Notes: generated by a model not told the origin, from the sequence alone. A DNA stretch of 24,000 nt from Ethanoligenens harbinense YUAN-3 (GCF_000178115.2 NC_014828.1:1061310-1085309); one strand, 5' to 3'. Positions 6,423-15,501 are shown, counted from the stretch's first letter. Made by a program: numbers and translations.

Positions 6423-7549
6423 CGGTTACGGATAAACTTGTATAAATCACAGGCTTCTTCTATTGTAATGTGATTTACAATTTTTGCTGCTTTTCTATAA
6501 AAACCAATAACATCTTTCATGTCTTCCAAATTTCCAAATTCCTTTGAAGCTCTGCTTAATATTAACTTCGAGCTTGAAATTCCGCTAATGGTAGCATCCA
6601 ATGGATCAACTTTGATTCCAAATTCTTCTGGAAATGCGAATTGGTACATATTGCTATCCTTCATCATTCCATCTTGATGTATTCCAGACTCATGAACAAA
6701 AACATTATCACCGAGCATAGGCTTTGTTTCGGAAATTGATACTCCCAATACTTCAGCAATTTTTTTAGAAATTGAATAAATTCGGGGTGTATCAATACTT
6801 GTTTTTATACCATATTTTTTACTCAATATATAGTTGATTTCCTCAATAGAGGTATTCCCGGCTCTTTCCCCAATTCCAAGAAATGTAGTTTCAACTTGGA
6901 CCGCACCGTTTAACACGCCCGCGATGGAATTGGCGGTTGCTAATCCCAGATCATTATGGCAATGTACGCTTATGCCATAACGATGGTTTTCCGCTTTTAT
7001 TTCATGTATTAATGCTCCAAATTCTTCTGGAACCATGCAACCCACGGTATCTGCGATTGTTACCATATGTATGGGAAATTGATCGCACATTTGCAGTATT
7101 TCCATAAGATACAACTTGTCTGACCGTGTAGCATCTTCGAAGCATAGATCAATCGTTATTCCAAGGTCGCTAATGTAGCTAAGGCATTTTTTGATTTTGT
7201 ATCGCATGCCTTCCCTGGTAAGTCCCAACTTTTTTTCAATATGTAGATCAGAAATTGGGATCAATAATTTTATTACAAGGCGAGGTATCTTTTTGATAAG
7301 TCTCGCTGTAATATCGATATCCTGTTTAACAAGCCTTGTTAGAACAACTACTTCTTGCTGAGGGTCTAATTTTTTCGCTTCCTCAGAGATCATTGCATAG
7401 TCATCAGCAGATGCACACATTCCAATTTCAACAGACTCAATATTAGACACTCCAATTAGTTCAAAAACTTTCAGCTTTGTTCTAAAACTTTTGTTTATAT
7501 TGCGTTGCTGCATTCCATCTCTAGCTGTGCTGTCTTGAATTCTTATCAT
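6290..7549 (-). CDS. HMGL-like 2-oxoacid/acetyl-CoA condensing enzyme (homocitrate / 2-isopropylmalate / citramalate synthase family). Its C-terminus was altered by the IS66 insertion.
   Basis: DSTARDGMQQ, HCHNDLGLATAN, GIGERAGN and HESGIHQDG are the LeuA/NifV/CimA family motifs. An AAGGAGG SD precedes ATG 7549. Residues after ...DLYKFI (from 6429 downward) are encoded by antisense IS66 sequence. The native last codons plus stop (HLLQHI*) lie at 3974-3993, on the other side of the IS. Confidence 0.8.
   Translation of the reverse strand: MIRIQDSTARDGMQQRNINKSFRTKLKVFELIGVSNIESVEIGMCASADDYAMISEEAKKLDPQQEVVVLTRLVKQDIDITARLIKKIPRLVIKLLIPISDLHIEKKLGLTREGMRYKIKKCLSYISDLGITIDLCFEDATRSDKLYLMEILQMCDQFPIHMVTIADTVGCMVPEEFGALIHEIKAENHRYGISVHCHNDLGLATANSIAGVLNGAVQVETTFLGIGERAGNTSIEEINYILSKKYGIKTSIDTPRIYSISKKIAEVLGVSISETKPMLGDNVFVHESGIHQDGMMKDSNMYQFAFPEEFGIKVDPLDATISGISSSKLILSRASKEFGNLEDMKDVIGFYRKAAKIVNHITIEEACDLYKFIRNRQINGHAPQGMRFSTSAPLGASVKIFVRYSKGTRPFSLAETIKL
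6430..6437. repeat. Right copy of the 8-bp target-site duplication GGATAAAC.
   Basis: Identical to 3994-4001. Confidence 0.9.
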
Positions 7550-7615
7550 ATATTTAACCTCCTTGCTATATTATGTAAATATTATATTTCAAAATACGAC
7601 AATATAAAATTTCAA

Positions 7616-7640
7616 ATTACTAAACAAATCATTTAGTAAT
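7616..7640. promoter_or_regulatory. Perfect palindrome ATTACTAAA-N7-TTTAGTAAT in the divergent HMGL/LysR intergenic region. It is a candidate LysR-type (T-N11-A containing) operator.
   Basis: 9-bp perfect arms read directly. It lies 67 nt upstream of the HMGL-like start and 144 nt upstream of the LysR start. LTTRs typically bind dyads in divergent promoters. Confidence 0.35.
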
Positions 7641-7783
7641 GCTTTACAATTCATTGGAAGTGATGCTAAATACACTGCTGTTTTTTGAAACAATAGAATT
7701 GCAGATTGATTTGTGTTATACTATTTATAATCATATAAAGGACATATATTTTGGTCTTTGTGCGAATCAAAGGGGGGCCAGAC

Positions 7784-8680
7784 ATGAATTTGGAATGGTA
7801 TTACACATTTTTAGTAGTAGCTAAATATCAGAATTACAGAAAAGCGGCAGACGAACTATTTATAACGCAAACGTCAGTTTACAATCATGTAAAAAATCTT
7901 GAAGCACTACTAGGGGTCGATCTAGTAGAACAATCTGGTCGAAATATAATATTAACAAAAGCAGGGCAATATTTTTGCGGCATTGCCAAAGAGACAATTA
8001 ACACTTATGAAAAAGGTATTTATTCTATAAAGAACATGGAATCAAATTACAAAGCGACATTAAAAATTGTTGTAACCACTTATATTGACAATTATTTGCT
8101 CACAAAATTTCTGCCCCTATTTTTCAAGAGAGAACCCAATATCAATGTCTCTACTACTGTGTTAGAAGAATACATTCCACAGGCCATTGCAGAGGGTGAT
8201 TACGATATTGGCATAGACCGAAAAGAACCAAATATGAAAAGTATACACTATAAAAATATATGTGAGGGTAGGATCCAACTAATTGTACCCAATATAATTG
8301 AAAACTCAAATTTGAATTCTGAAAGAGAGTATTTTGAAAAATATAGAGTTTTGTCGGATAATCATCCGACCTATTGGGATGAACTTAAGGATACAATTAT
8401 AAAAATCTATCCCAAAACAAACTTTGTAAGCATATCATCAGTGCGCTCTACAGAAGACCTGATTATTGCTAATCAAGGTGTTTCATATTTGCCAGTATAC
8501 ATAATAGCAGATGTTGAACAATCAAAGATTAAACTAGTAGAGCCGAAGAATATTTCCGCCCCTATATCCTTTACGTATTTGATTTGGAAGAAAGAAACAC
8601 CTGAGATAAATTCATTCAATCTGCTGTTTGAGCATTTTGTCGCTGAAGAAAATAAAAAAATAAGTAAAGTTGAGCAATAA
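7784..8680 (+). CDS. LysR-family transcriptional regulator, 298 aa.
   Basis: The N-terminus MNLEWYYTFLVVAKYQNYRKAADELFITQTSVYNHVKNLEALLGVDLVEQSGRNIILTKAG is the LTTR winged-HTH signature. An AGGGGGG SD lies 6 nt before ATG 7784. The gene is divergent from the HMGL-like gene. Confidence 0.85.
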   Translation: MNLEWYYTFLVVAKYQNYRKAADELFITQTSVYNHVKNLEALLGVDLVEQSGRNIILTKAGQYFCGIAKETINTYEKGIYSIKNMESNYKATLKIVVTTYIDNYLLTKFLPLFFKREPNINVSTTVLEEYIPQAIAEGDYDIGIDRKEPNMKSIHYKNICEGRIQLIVPNIIENSNLNSEREYFEKYRVLSDNHPTYWDELKDTIIKIYPKTNFVSISSVRSTEDLIIANQGVSYLPVYIIADVEQSKIKLVEPKNISAPISFTYLIWKKETPEINSFNLLFEHFVAEENKKISKVEQ

Positions 8681-9327
8681 AATTCAGACAAGGCTTACAC
8701 TTTAGTAAATCAATGTGGTACAATGAATACTAAAGAATCCTATAAAGCAAGTCCGACATTCATATGATAAGGATCACTATCAACGCAAATTGAAAATAAT
8801 CAATATATGATATTTTCATAACTGTAAGTCCGCAATGAAGTGGCTGTAAGCCGTTCTTTTCGTAGGCAAAGGAGCAGTGCAATTAACTGCAGTCAAGCAA
8901 CGTTGCCAGATGGCAGCATGCTACATGGCATTGATAAAAGCGCTTTCTGTATTTCACCGGAATTATGTTGCAGATGGCGGTGTCGCTGGGATATGATACA
9001 ATCAATATTGCAACTGAACCACTACCGGCTAAAGCCGGTAGGTTCGACTTGCGGTTAAAGCCACCTGAAGCCCACTGATTTAAAAATTACCACTTTTCAT
9101 TTTTTTCCATATAATTCCCGAACGCAGCAGGGAGCATTCTGTGAAGAAGATGTGCCGAGTTTTGGAAGTCTCCCAAATATGTAGATGCCCCCAAAACGCA
9201 GGTCACCCCACCGTCGAAATATCTGCCGGCGGAACGGTTTGAGCGCCAGCTTTGAGTCGATCTTGGCCGCAAAGGCAGACCTCGGGCCAAGTTGGCCCGG
9301 GGCAGCTTTGAAATTCTAAAATTTTGA

Positions 9328-9356
9328 TTGACAAATGCTGTGAGTACGCATATCAT
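9328..9356 (+). promoter_or_regulatory. Sigma-A-type promoter of the ars/hgc operon: TTGACA-17 nt-TATCAT.
   Basis: TTGACA at 9328-9333, a 17-nt spacer, TATCAT at 9351-9356, about 50 nt upstream of the arsR ATG. Possible operator elements follow: ATATAGA (9355-9361) / TCTATAT (9387-9393), and three ATCAT copies. Confidence 0.5.
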
Positions 9357-9406
9357 ATAGACATAAATAAATATCATTTACGATCATCTATATACAGGGA
9401 GCAAAT

Positions 9407-9748
9407 ATGGAAAATAATTACGCCGATGTCGCGCTGCTTTTTAAGGCGCTATCGGATGAAACCCGGTTGAAAATCATTGACAGGTTATCCTGCGGGGAGC
9501 TCTGCGCCTGCGATATTTTGAAGCATCTCAACATCACACAACCGACGCTTTCCTACCACATGAAAATGCTGTCCGAGTGCGGCATTGTCAATGCCAACCG
9601 GCAAGGCGCATGGATGCACTATACGCTCAATGTCGAGACAATGAAGCAGATTGCGGATTACTGGAGCCGCATTACGAGCGATAAGTCTGATTACATCTGC
9701 TACCAGTGTTGCGATGACTCGGAAGAAACCTGCAAATGTGCGAAATAG
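9407..9748 (+). CDS. arsR: ArsR/SmtB-family metalloregulator.
   Basis: ...LFKALSDETRLKIIDRLSCGELCACDILKHLNITQPTLSYHMKMLSECGIV... is the ArsR wHTH with the ELC.C As(III)-site-like motif. The Cys-rich C-terminus reads YICYQCCDDSEETCKCAK. An AGGGAG SD precedes the ATG. Confidence 0.85.
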   Translation: MENNYADVALLFKALSDETRLKIIDRLSCGELCACDILKHLNITQPTLSYHMKMLSECGIVNANRQGAWMHYTLNVETMKQIADYWSRITSDKSDYICYQCCDDSEETCKCAK

Positions 9749-9762
9749 TGAGAGGTATCAGG

Positions 9763-10872
9763 ATGGAATCCATAGTGGATGAAACAACCGCCGAGTGCTC
9801 TTGTTCCTCCGGTTGCTGCGGCAGTGCCCCAATCCCCAATGCGCCATATATCGCCGGATTGAACGAGACGCTCGTCGGGGCCGTTCCCCGCGTTTCCACC
9901 GAGCTTAGCCTTAGGGATATTCTCGGGGCATGGCAGGTACGCTGGGGTTTTGGGCGCATGAGCTACAAAGTTGTTCCCGGCCTTTACAGTGTCGGAAAAC
10001 CGGCGGAAAATTCACCGGTGCTGGTCACTGCCAACTATAAGCTGACTTTTGACAGCCTGCGCAAAGAGCTGGCGGGCCTGAGCCTTTGGATTTTAGTCCT
10101 CGATACAAATGGTGTGAATGTCTGGTGCGCAGCCGGAAAAGGTACATTTGGCACTGACGAACTGGTGCGACGTATTGAAGCCGCAGGGCTTGAAAAAGTT
10201 ATCAAACATCGGACACTCATTCTCCCGCAGCTCGGTGCAACCGGCGTGGCGGCCTATGAGGTTGCAAAGAAAAGCGGTTTTCATGTCCGATACGGCCCGG
10301 TTCGGGCTCACGACATTAAAGCGTTCCTTGATAACGAAATGAAAGTGACGCCGGAAATGCGCGAAGTGCGGTTTACAATGAGAAACAGAGCCGTTCTCAC
10401 TCCCGTCGACCTGATCCGGTGGGTAAAGCCTCTGGCAATCTTTTTCGGTATCCTGTTCATTTTAAACACCTTTGGCCTTGGAAATTTCGGCTGGACGGAG
10501 CTTGTGGCATTTTTCGGGGCCGTGGTGACAGGCTGTGTCCTGACACCTGTTTTGCTCCCGTGGATACCGGGCCGGGCCTTTGCGTTCAAAGGCGCTCTGC
10601 TCGGCCTTATCTGGACTGTGGTGGTCCTTCTTTTATGTGGTGGGCTGCCGCAGCTCGGAATTATACGAACACTGTCGTTCATTCTATTGTTGCCGGCTGT
10701 TTCCGCATATACAGCTATGAACTTTACCGGAAGCTCAACCTATACGTCTCCATCCGGTGTCAACAAGGAGATGCGCGTTGCCATCCCCGCCATGCTGGTT
10801 TCTTCCATTCTGGGTATTATCCTTTTGGTAGTCAGCTTGGTAGTCAGCGGTTTAGTAGAAACGATTTTATGA
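9763..10872 (+). CDS. hgcA: HgcA, the corrinoid protein of the mercury-methylation pair (corrinoid-binding domain plus C-terminal membrane domain).
   Basis: The cap-helix signature NVWCAAGKGTF (published consensus N(V/I)WCA(A/G)GK) lies within a CFeSP-like domain (...VLVTANYKLTFDSLRKEL...ILVLDTNGVNVWCAAGK...). It is followed by several hydrophobic helices (PLAIFFGILFILNTF..., LVAFFGAVVTGCVLTPVLL..., LLGLIWTVVVLLLC..., LSFILLLPAVSAY..., IPAMLVSSILGIILLVVSLVV). The start could alternatively be ATG 9736, which overlaps arsR. Confidence 0.85.
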   Translation: MESIVDETTAECSCSSGCCGSAPIPNAPYIAGLNETLVGAVPRVSTELSLRDILGAWQVRWGFGRMSYKVVPGLYSVGKPAENSPVLVTANYKLTFDSLRKELAGLSLWILVLDTNGVNVWCAAGKGTFGTDELVRRIEAAGLEKVIKHRTLILPQLGATGVAAYEVAKKSGFHVRYGPVRAHDIKAFLDNEMKVTPEMREVRFTMRNRAVLTPVDLIRWVKPLAIFFGILFILNTFGLGNFGWTELVAFFGAVVTGCVLTPVLLPWIPGRAFAFKGALLGLIWTVVVLLLCGGLPQLGIIRTLSFILLLPAVSAYTAMNFTGSSTYTSPSGVNKEMRVAIPAMLVSSILGIILLVVSLVVSGLVETIL

Positions 10873-10877
10873 GGTGA

Positions 10878-11177
<300 letters not shown>

Positions 11178-11270
11178 ACGAATCGTTCTATGCGCTTGTC
11201 CATATTTGAGACATAGAAAAGCGTCTATTATATCGGGCTCTTTCGATTTATTTTAAGGAGGATTAGAGAA

Positions 11271-12353
11271 ATGGAAAAAGCGGGTGGTAGGCTTTCTTTT
11301 TTAGACCGCTTTCTGACACTGTGGATATTTTTAGCTATGGCAATCGGTGTGGCGGCGGGCAATTTTTTCCCCGGCGCGGCGGATGCCATCAATCAATTAA
11401 GCACCGGTACGACTTCATGGCCCATCGCAGTAGGGCTGATTCTAATGATGTACCCACCGCTGATTCGAGTAAAATACGAGGAAATCGGCAAGGTGGCAAA
11501 CAACAAAAAGGTGTTCGGCTTTTCTCTTTTGCAGAATTGGATTATCGGGCCAATCCTGATGTTCATTTTGGCTCTGATTTTCTTGCCGGATAAGCCGGAG
11601 TATGCCGTTGGCATCATTGTCATTGGACTTGCCCGCTGCATTGCAATGGTGATTATCTGGAACACGCTCGCGAAAGGCGATAATGAGTATGGCGCTGCCC
11701 TGGTGGCACTCAACGCCATCTTTCAAATCCTTCTTTACTCGGTCTACATCTGGCTGTTTATCACAGTGCTGCCGGGAATCCTTCATCTTTCATGGGGCGG
11801 GAAATCGGTGCATGTTTCGATTCTGGAAGTTGCCCGCAGCGTATTGACTTATCTCGGCATCCCGTTTGTTGCGGGTATTGTCACCCGCTTTGCCGTTATG
11901 CGCGCCAAAGGGAAGGAATGGCTGACCAAGACCTTTATTCCGAAAATCTCACCGCTCGCTCTGCTTGCGCTGCTCTATACCATCGTCATCATGTTTATGC
12001 TCAAAGGGCGTATGATTGTTGCCCTGCCGCTTGATGTGGTACGGATTGCGATTCCTCTGCTGATCTACTTCGTCCTGATGTTTTCCATCAGCTTCTTTAT
12101 TTCGTATAAGCGCGGTTTCAAATACGATCAGACAACGACGCTTTCCTTTACCGCTGCAAGCAACAACTTTGAGCTTGCCATCGCCGTATCGGTCGCGGTG
12201 TTTGGTATCAGCTCCGGTCAGGCGTTCGCCGCCGTCATCGGCCCACTGATCGAGGTGCCGGTCATGATCCTGCTTGTGCGGCTCGCGCTCTATTTGAAAG
12301 GCAAATGCTTTGATGAAAACGGACTGCCGAAAAAAGATGGGGGATCAAAATGA
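11271..12353 (+). CDS. acr3: Arsenite efflux permease, ACR3 family.
   Basis: [28 protein letters not shown]...[13 protein letters not shown]...[13 protein letters not shown]...CIAMVIIWN...[12 protein letters not shown]...[10 protein letters not shown] are typical Acr3/ArsB(ACR3) blocks. An AAGGAGG SD is present. Confidence 0.9.
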   Translation: MEKAGGRLSFLDRFLTLWIFLAMAIGVAAGNFFPGAADAINQLSTGTTSWPIAVGLILMMYPPLIRVKYEEIGKVANNKKVFGFSLLQNWIIGPILMFILALIFLPDKPEYAVGIIVIGLARCIAMVIIWNTLAKGDNEYGAALVALNAIFQILLYSVYIWLFITVLPGILHLSWGGKSVHVSILEVARSVLTYLGIPFVAGIVTRFAVMRAKGKEWLTKTFIPKISPLALLALLYTIVIMFMLKGRMIVALPLDVVRIAIPLLIYFVLMFSISFFISYKRGFKYDQTTTLSFTAASNNFELAIAVSVAVFGISSGQAFAAVIGPLIEVPVMILLVRLALYLKGKCFDENGLPKKDGGSK

Positions 12354-14017
12354 AAATCGTAATCGTCGGTTCCGTCGCGGCGGGAACATCGGCGGCGGCC
12401 AAGGCCAGAAGAAATACCGAGGACGCACAAATCACCATCTATGAAAAAGACAGCTACATATCCTATTCGGGGTGCGGGCTGCCGTACTTTGTGGGTGGGG
12501 AAACTTCCGACATCGGCAAGCTGACGCCTAGGGATGCGCGATGGTTTAAGGAACGGTACAACGTCGAGATAAAGACGGGCTGCGAGGTATTGACGGTTGA
12601 CTCCGCTCAGAAAACCCTATGTGTGCGAAACCTTATATCGGGTGAAGAATTTACGGATACGTACGACAGGCTGGTTTGGGCGACGGGTTCAAAGCCCTTC
12701 AAGCCGCAGCTTGACGGTATCGGCAGCAGGAACGTCTTTACCGTCAAGAATCCGCAAAACGCGGTGGATGTGGACGCCTGCATTGCCGAGCATCCGGCAA
12801 AAAAAGCCCTCATCATCGGTGGCGGATATATCGGCCTTGAAATGGCAGTGGCCTTGAAAGAGCGGCAGATGGGGGTAACCATCCTTGAATTGAGCAGTCA
12901 TGTCATGCCGCTGATGGACGACGAAATGGCCGCGATTCTGCAAAAATACATGACCGGGAAGGGCATTGACGTTCTGACATCGGCTAAAGTCACCGGTTTT
13001 CAGCATAGTAACGGGATGGCCCGGACGGTAATGGTCGAGGGGCATGAGCCTATCCCGGCAGACTTGTTTATATGGTCTGCCGGCATTAAACCCGAAGTAG
13101 AACTCGCAAAAACAATGGGCGTGAAGCTGGGCATTACCGGAGCCATTGAGGTTGATAACCGGATGCAGACCAACCTTCCCGATGTTTATGCCGTGGGCGA
13201 TTGCGCACAGGTCTATTCTCTTGTGACAGGCAGCCCCATGTACCGTCCGATGGGTTCCACGGCCAACAAGATGGGACGTATCGCCGGGGACGTCATCACC
13301 GGCGGCAGCCTGAAATTCAGAGGTGTGCTTGGAACGGGCATTTTCAAAGTATTCGGTCTTTCCGTTGCCATGACCGGCCTGACGGAAAAAGAGGCCCGGA
13401 AGTTCGGTTATGACATTGAAGTCATCCATAATATCAAGCCAAACGTGCCCGATTATTACCCCGGTTCCGCCGAAATGACCATCAAGGCGGTTGCAGACCG
13501 GAAGACCGAGAAACTGCTGGGCGTTCAAATCGTGGGCGGCGAAGGGGTTGACAAGCGGATCGACGTTTTTGTGACGGCGATCACCTACGGCGCAAGGGCT
13601 GGCGATCTCTTTCATCTTGACCTTGCCTATGCACCACCGTTTGCGACCACTAAAGACCCTGTGCTTTATACCGGCATGATACTGGATAACGCACTGAATC
13701 GCGGGCGCAGGATTATGACGACACATGAGCTGATTGAAAGAGAACAGGCCGGGGAAAAGATCACGATTATCGATGTCAGAAATAAAAAGGACAGAGACAG
13801 GGGGTTTATAGAGGGCTCGCTTCATATCCCGCTGCAAAAGATACGTTCCGAACTTGCCGGCTTTCACAAGGATGATCTGATCGTTGTCCACTGCAACAAA
13901 GGTGTATCGGGTAATGCAGCGCAGAACATTCTAATCAATAACGGGTTCAGGAACGTGTATAACCTGTCGGGTGGATATAAGCAGTACATCATCGAAAAGA
14001 ATCGTGAACGTAAATGA
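12350..14017 (+). CDS. Pyridine-nucleotide-disulfide oxidoreductase of the CoA-disulfide reductase / NADH-dependent persulfide reductase type, with a C-terminal rhodanese domain.
   Basis: [20 protein letters not shown] (FAD-binding fold), [11 protein letters not shown] (CoADR/Nox-type redox Cys), [12 protein letters not shown] (NAD(P)H site) and VYAVGDCA. The C-terminal rhodanese-like part reads [24 protein letters not shown]...[14 protein letters not shown]. The ATG overlaps the acr3 stop as ATGA. Confidence 0.85.
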   Translation: MKIVIVGSVAAGTSAAAKARRNTEDAQITIYEKDSYISYSGCGLPYFVGGETSDIGKLTPRDARWFKERYNVEIKTGCEVLTVDSAQKTLCVRNLISGEEFTDTYDRLVWATGSKPFKPQLDGIGSRNVFTVKNPQNAVDVDACIAEHPAKKALIIGGGYIGLEMAVALKERQMGVTILELSSHVMPLMDDEMAAILQKYMTGKGIDVLTSAKVTGFQHSNGMARTVMVEGHEPIPADLFIWSAGIKPEVELAKTMGVKLGITGAIEVDNRMQTNLPDVYAVGDCAQVYSLVTGSPMYRPMGSTANKMGRIAGDVITGGSLKFRGVLGTGIFKVFGLSVAMTGLTEKEARKFGYDIEVIHNIKPNVPDYYPGSAEMTIKAVADRKTEKLLGVQIVGGEGVDKRIDVFVTAITYGARAGDLFHLDLAYAPPFATTKDPVLYTGMILDNALNRGRRIMTTHELIEREQAGEKITIIDVRNKKDRDRGFIEGSLHIPLQKIRSELAGFHKDDLIVVHCNKGVSGNAAQNILINNGFRNVYNLSGGYKQYIIEKNRERK

Positions 14018-14096
14018 AGGAGAATATTTGTTATCCAGCGAACCTTCTGACGCAAAATATGGATGTTCTGAAAGAAAGCTGCCAGAAAATTTTTGA

Positions 14097-14133
14097 CCGG
14101 TGAAGGCATGCCTGACCGGCGCAGGATTTTTTA
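14097..14133 (+). terminator. Possible terminator of the ars/hgc operon.
   Basis: CCGGT-GA-AGG-CATG-CCT-G-ACCGG is an interrupted hairpin, followed 6 nt later by the T-run ATTTTTTAT (14127-14132). The stem is weak. Confidence 0.35.
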
Positions 14134-14442
14134 TACAAATAGCATGCGCGGAGCGATCCTGTCAAACAATATCTTGCTACCCAAACACGGAAAGAATAGT
14201 GGAGTGTTCTTAGCAGGATTACAGTGCGGACAAGCTGATTCGCCGGGTCAATTTGGTGTATCGCCTTTGATATGCATATGCTGAATATAAAATCTGGAAT
14301 GAGTGCATTGACCGGCTACATAATGGGATAAATCTGCGCGACTGAAAACTGTATATTCAGCAATGCAAAGTATGCGGAAAATGCTTTTTGCTCGCGCGCG
14401 TGCGACGCACGCCTAAACATACTTGCAAATCCGGTGAAAGAG

Positions 14443-14477
14443 TAAAAACAGAACCACCGCCGAAAAAACCGGCGGTG
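14443..14477 (-). terminator. Rho-independent terminator downstream of clpP.
   Basis: The minus strand reads CACCGCCG-GTTTTTT-CGGCGGTG followed by GTTCTGTTTTTAC. Confidence 0.6.
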
Positions 14478-14500
14478 ATCCAATTGGCGGATATCTCTTA

Positions 14501-15091
14501 TCAGCGGTGCGTGAGTATATCATCCACGATGCCGTAATCCTTGGCGCCTTCGGCCGTCATATAATGGTCACGTTCCATATCGTGTTCGATTGTTTCCAAG
14601 GGCTGCCCTGTGAGATCGCTGAATATCCGATTGAGTTTCTGTTTGGTTTTGTCCATCCAGTCACTGTGAATTTTGATTTCCGTCGCCTGTCCCTGCAGTC
14701 CGCCGGAGATAGACGGCTGATGGATCAGGACTTCACTGTTGCACAGGGCAAATCGTTTGCCTTTTGTGCCCGCAACAAGCAGTAAAGATGCCGCGCTCGC
14801 CGCCATACCGATGCAGATCGTGGAAACGTCGCATTTGATATAATTCATCGTATCGAGGATCGCAAACGCATCCGTAACGGAACCTCCGGGACTATTGATA
14901 TAAAACTGGATATCTTTGTCGCAGTCGGCTGATTCCAGAAACAGCATCTGCGCAACGATCAGACTGGCTGACTCACTTGAAACAGGTTCATTCAACATCA
15001 CGATGCGATCATTCAGTAAACGCGAAAAAATATCGTAAGATCGTTCCCCATGGTTCGTTTGTTCAATCACAACAGGTATCAGATTGCTCAT
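14501..15091 (-). CDS. clpP: ATP-dependent Clp protease proteolytic subunit ClpP, 196 aa.
   Basis: [33 protein letters not shown]...[13 protein letters not shown]...[14 protein letters not shown]...LIHQPS...[20 protein letters not shown]. Ser/His/Asp triad contexts are present. ATG 15091 has a GGAGG SD, and the longer tracked ORF start lacks one. Confidence 0.9.
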   Translation of the reverse strand: MSNLIPVVIEQTNHGERSYDIFSRLLNDRIVMLNEPVSSESASLIVAQMLFLESADCDKDIQFYINSPGGSVTDAFAILDTMNYIKCDVSTICIGMAASAASLLLVAGTKGKRFALCNSEVLIHQPSISGGLQGQATEIKIHSDWMDKTKQKLNRIFSDLTGQPLETIEHDMERDHYMTAEGAKDYGIVDDILTHR

Positions 15092-15111
15092 CGTTTCCTC
15101 CATCAACATGT

Positions 15112-15501
15112 TCAGGCAGCCATCCGGGCCGACCTGCGCGTGTGCGTGCACAGGTGGATAACAGTCCGATTTTTGGTTGCGAACAGCCGCCGGTATTTTC
15201 CCGGCGGAAGCGCGTAAATCCGTTGAAACGCTCGTGAAAAAGCCTCTTGCGAGGAATACCGGCAGGTTAACGCGATTTCTATGATTGGCTGGTTTGTCTG
15301 AATCAGCCGGTCAGCCGCGCATTCCATCCGACGCCTGCGGACGTATTGATAGACCGGTTCACCCACCGTTTGATGAAACAGCCTGTGAAAAGAGGATTTT
15401 GACATGCAGACATACCGTGCAAGTTCGTCCAGCCCGATGTTTTCTGACAAATGGTTTTCAATATAATCCAGTGCCTGTTGAATCATAGACTCTGGTTTCA
15501 T
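15112..15501 (-). CDS. AraC/XylS-family regulator made of the DNA-binding domain only (MarA/SoxS/Rob-like), 129 aa.
   Basis: [99 protein letters not shown] is a double HTH_18 signature. A GGAGG SD precedes ATG 15501. The gene ends 20 nt before clpP. Confidence 0.8.
   Translation of the reverse strand: MKPESMIQQALDYIENHLSENIGLDELARYVCMSKSSFHRLFHQTVGEPVYQYVRRRRMECAADRLIQTNQPIIEIALTCRYSSQEAFSRAFQRIYALPPGKYRRLFATKNRTVIHLCTHTRRSARMAA

Larger units (their letters stand above)
4002..6429 (+). mobile_element. IS66-family insertion sequence (2428 bp) with tnpA, tnpB and tnpC.
   Basis: IRL 4002-4024 is GTAACCGTCAAGACCGCGCGCAC. The reverse complement of IRR 6407-6429 is GTAACCGTCAAATCAACGGGCAC. The first 11 nt are identical and 18/23 match overall. 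The GTAA start and the 8-bp duplication are IS66 hallmarks. There is an abrupt switch from AT-rich flanks to a GC-rich interior, and the three-ORF organisation includes a GTGATG overlap between orf1 and orf2. Confidence 0.9.

Noticed and set aside
8846-8870. GTAAGCCGTTC... considered as a solo IS66-type terminal inverted repeat marking the GC junction.
   Set aside because: The resemblance to the IS66 end in this window (GTAACCGTCAA) is short. There is no partner repeat, no target duplication and no IS66 coding remnant next to it.
9022-9062. A GGTTCGA-containing segment considered as a tRNA or tmRNA T-arm.
   Set aside because: The flanking bases do not form a T-stem, and no acceptor or anticodon arms can be drawn. 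The adjacent 8-bp hairpin has a TAAA loop, not a T-loop.
9087-9377. 96-aa minus-strand ORF upstream of arsR.
   Set aside because: It overlaps the arsR promoter, has no SD, and gives a low-complexity R/S/L-rich product. It may be a fragment of something older but cannot be supported.
12689-13891. 400-aa ORF on the minus strand inside the CoADR-rhodanese gene.
   Set aside because: It is a shadow ORF antisense to a well-supported GC-rich gene. It has no SD. Its R/G/H/P-rich composition is typical of antisense frames, and it has no recognisable motifs.
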